Source: Prorocentrum cordatum
Taxonomy: Eukaryota
DNA: 64,000 nt
Direction of reading: 5' to 3'
NCBI GenBank assembly: GCA_963575745.1
Contig: CAUYUJ010000281.1
Span: 496,001 to 560,000 of the forward strand
Shown here: positions 63,371-64,000 of the stretch, piece after piece
Layout of the letters: each line of letters opens with the position of its first letter
Numbering within the stretch: the first letter of the stretch is position 1
Program-made: the position numbers and the translations under genes
Notes under the pieces: model-generated
Databases searched by the model: none
What the model was told of the DNA's origin: nothing
Seen by the model: only the letters and a program-made list of their open reading frames with translations

Positions 63371-64000
63371 GCATTGCGAGCCGTCAAGCCACCTGCAATG
63401 CACTCCGCGCATGCAGCCTTGCTGTTCCTCGCGACGTGCTCACAATCTTGCTCGGCGCTAATGTGCTGCTGCTACGCGAACTGTTTCGTGCGCGCTGCGA
63501 ACGTCAACAGCCTCTTCACCCGTTTCGACTCATCTGCCACATCTTTCGCGGTGATGCTTCGCTGATCGCAGTTTCTGCACGCTACTCTTGCTCCTTTCGT
63601 CTTCCGGTGCTCCTCCACTTGGTTGAGGGTCGAAAGGCCGACCTCCCAAAAGGACACCCCGCACCCGGGTGCACAGCACGCAAGGCGCTCGCAAACCACG
63701 CCCCAGACCACCGGCATCACGCAAACATTTGGACCCCCTACGTATCTGCCACCACCCGCGCGCGACACCGCACCCTCACACAAGACGCCGCTGACCAGAA
63801 ACTCCTGGCCTCGCAACAGTCACAGAAGAGGTCGGCGGATGTGTCGGAAGTCTGTAGAATCATCCACTGGAGGCCCGACAGGGAGGACAACGATCGAGCC
63901 TGCCAATGAACATCCTTACAGTAGGCCTGAACGCATCCAGCATATTAGACGCACGCGCATCTCCGCATCATGAAAGCACGGGCTCAGACGGTAAACCACG

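Overview
GC-rich, microsatellite-dense eukaryotic DNA. It is almost certainly from a dinoflagellate: it carries a near-perfect dinoflagellate spliced leader (DinoSL) and GC/GA-AG introns. Nearly the whole window is transposable element or repeat. (1) 1..5692 (-) is a 5'-complete LINE. It has ORF1 plus an uninterrupted >=1403-codon APE-RT ORF2 that the ORF track misses, and its 5' end is a 22-nt DinoSL. (2) 19699..43027 (+) is a Ty3/Gypsy-type polyprotein split by a nested insertion. Removing the insert restores one >=3305-aa frame with the order CCCH x2 - protease - RT C-terminal half/RNase H - hydrolase-like/Zn region - integrase - cytosine-MTase-like - RT N-terminal half (YIDD) - hydrophobic helices - SWIM - PLD/Nuc nuclease. 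The reverse transcriptase is therefore split and permuted, which is the main finding. (3) The nested insert, 26177..39585, is a 13.4-kb CACTA/CMC-type DNA transposon with CCC...GGG 19-bp TIRs and a TT target-site duplication. It carries an intact spliced transposase and 2-3 spliced accessory genes, and relict SL sequences sit just upstream of two start codons. The rest is fold-back/MITE elements, satellites, a decayed second LINE (~56.4-58.7 kb) and one probable host exon. All domain calls come from motif reading by eye, with no database search.
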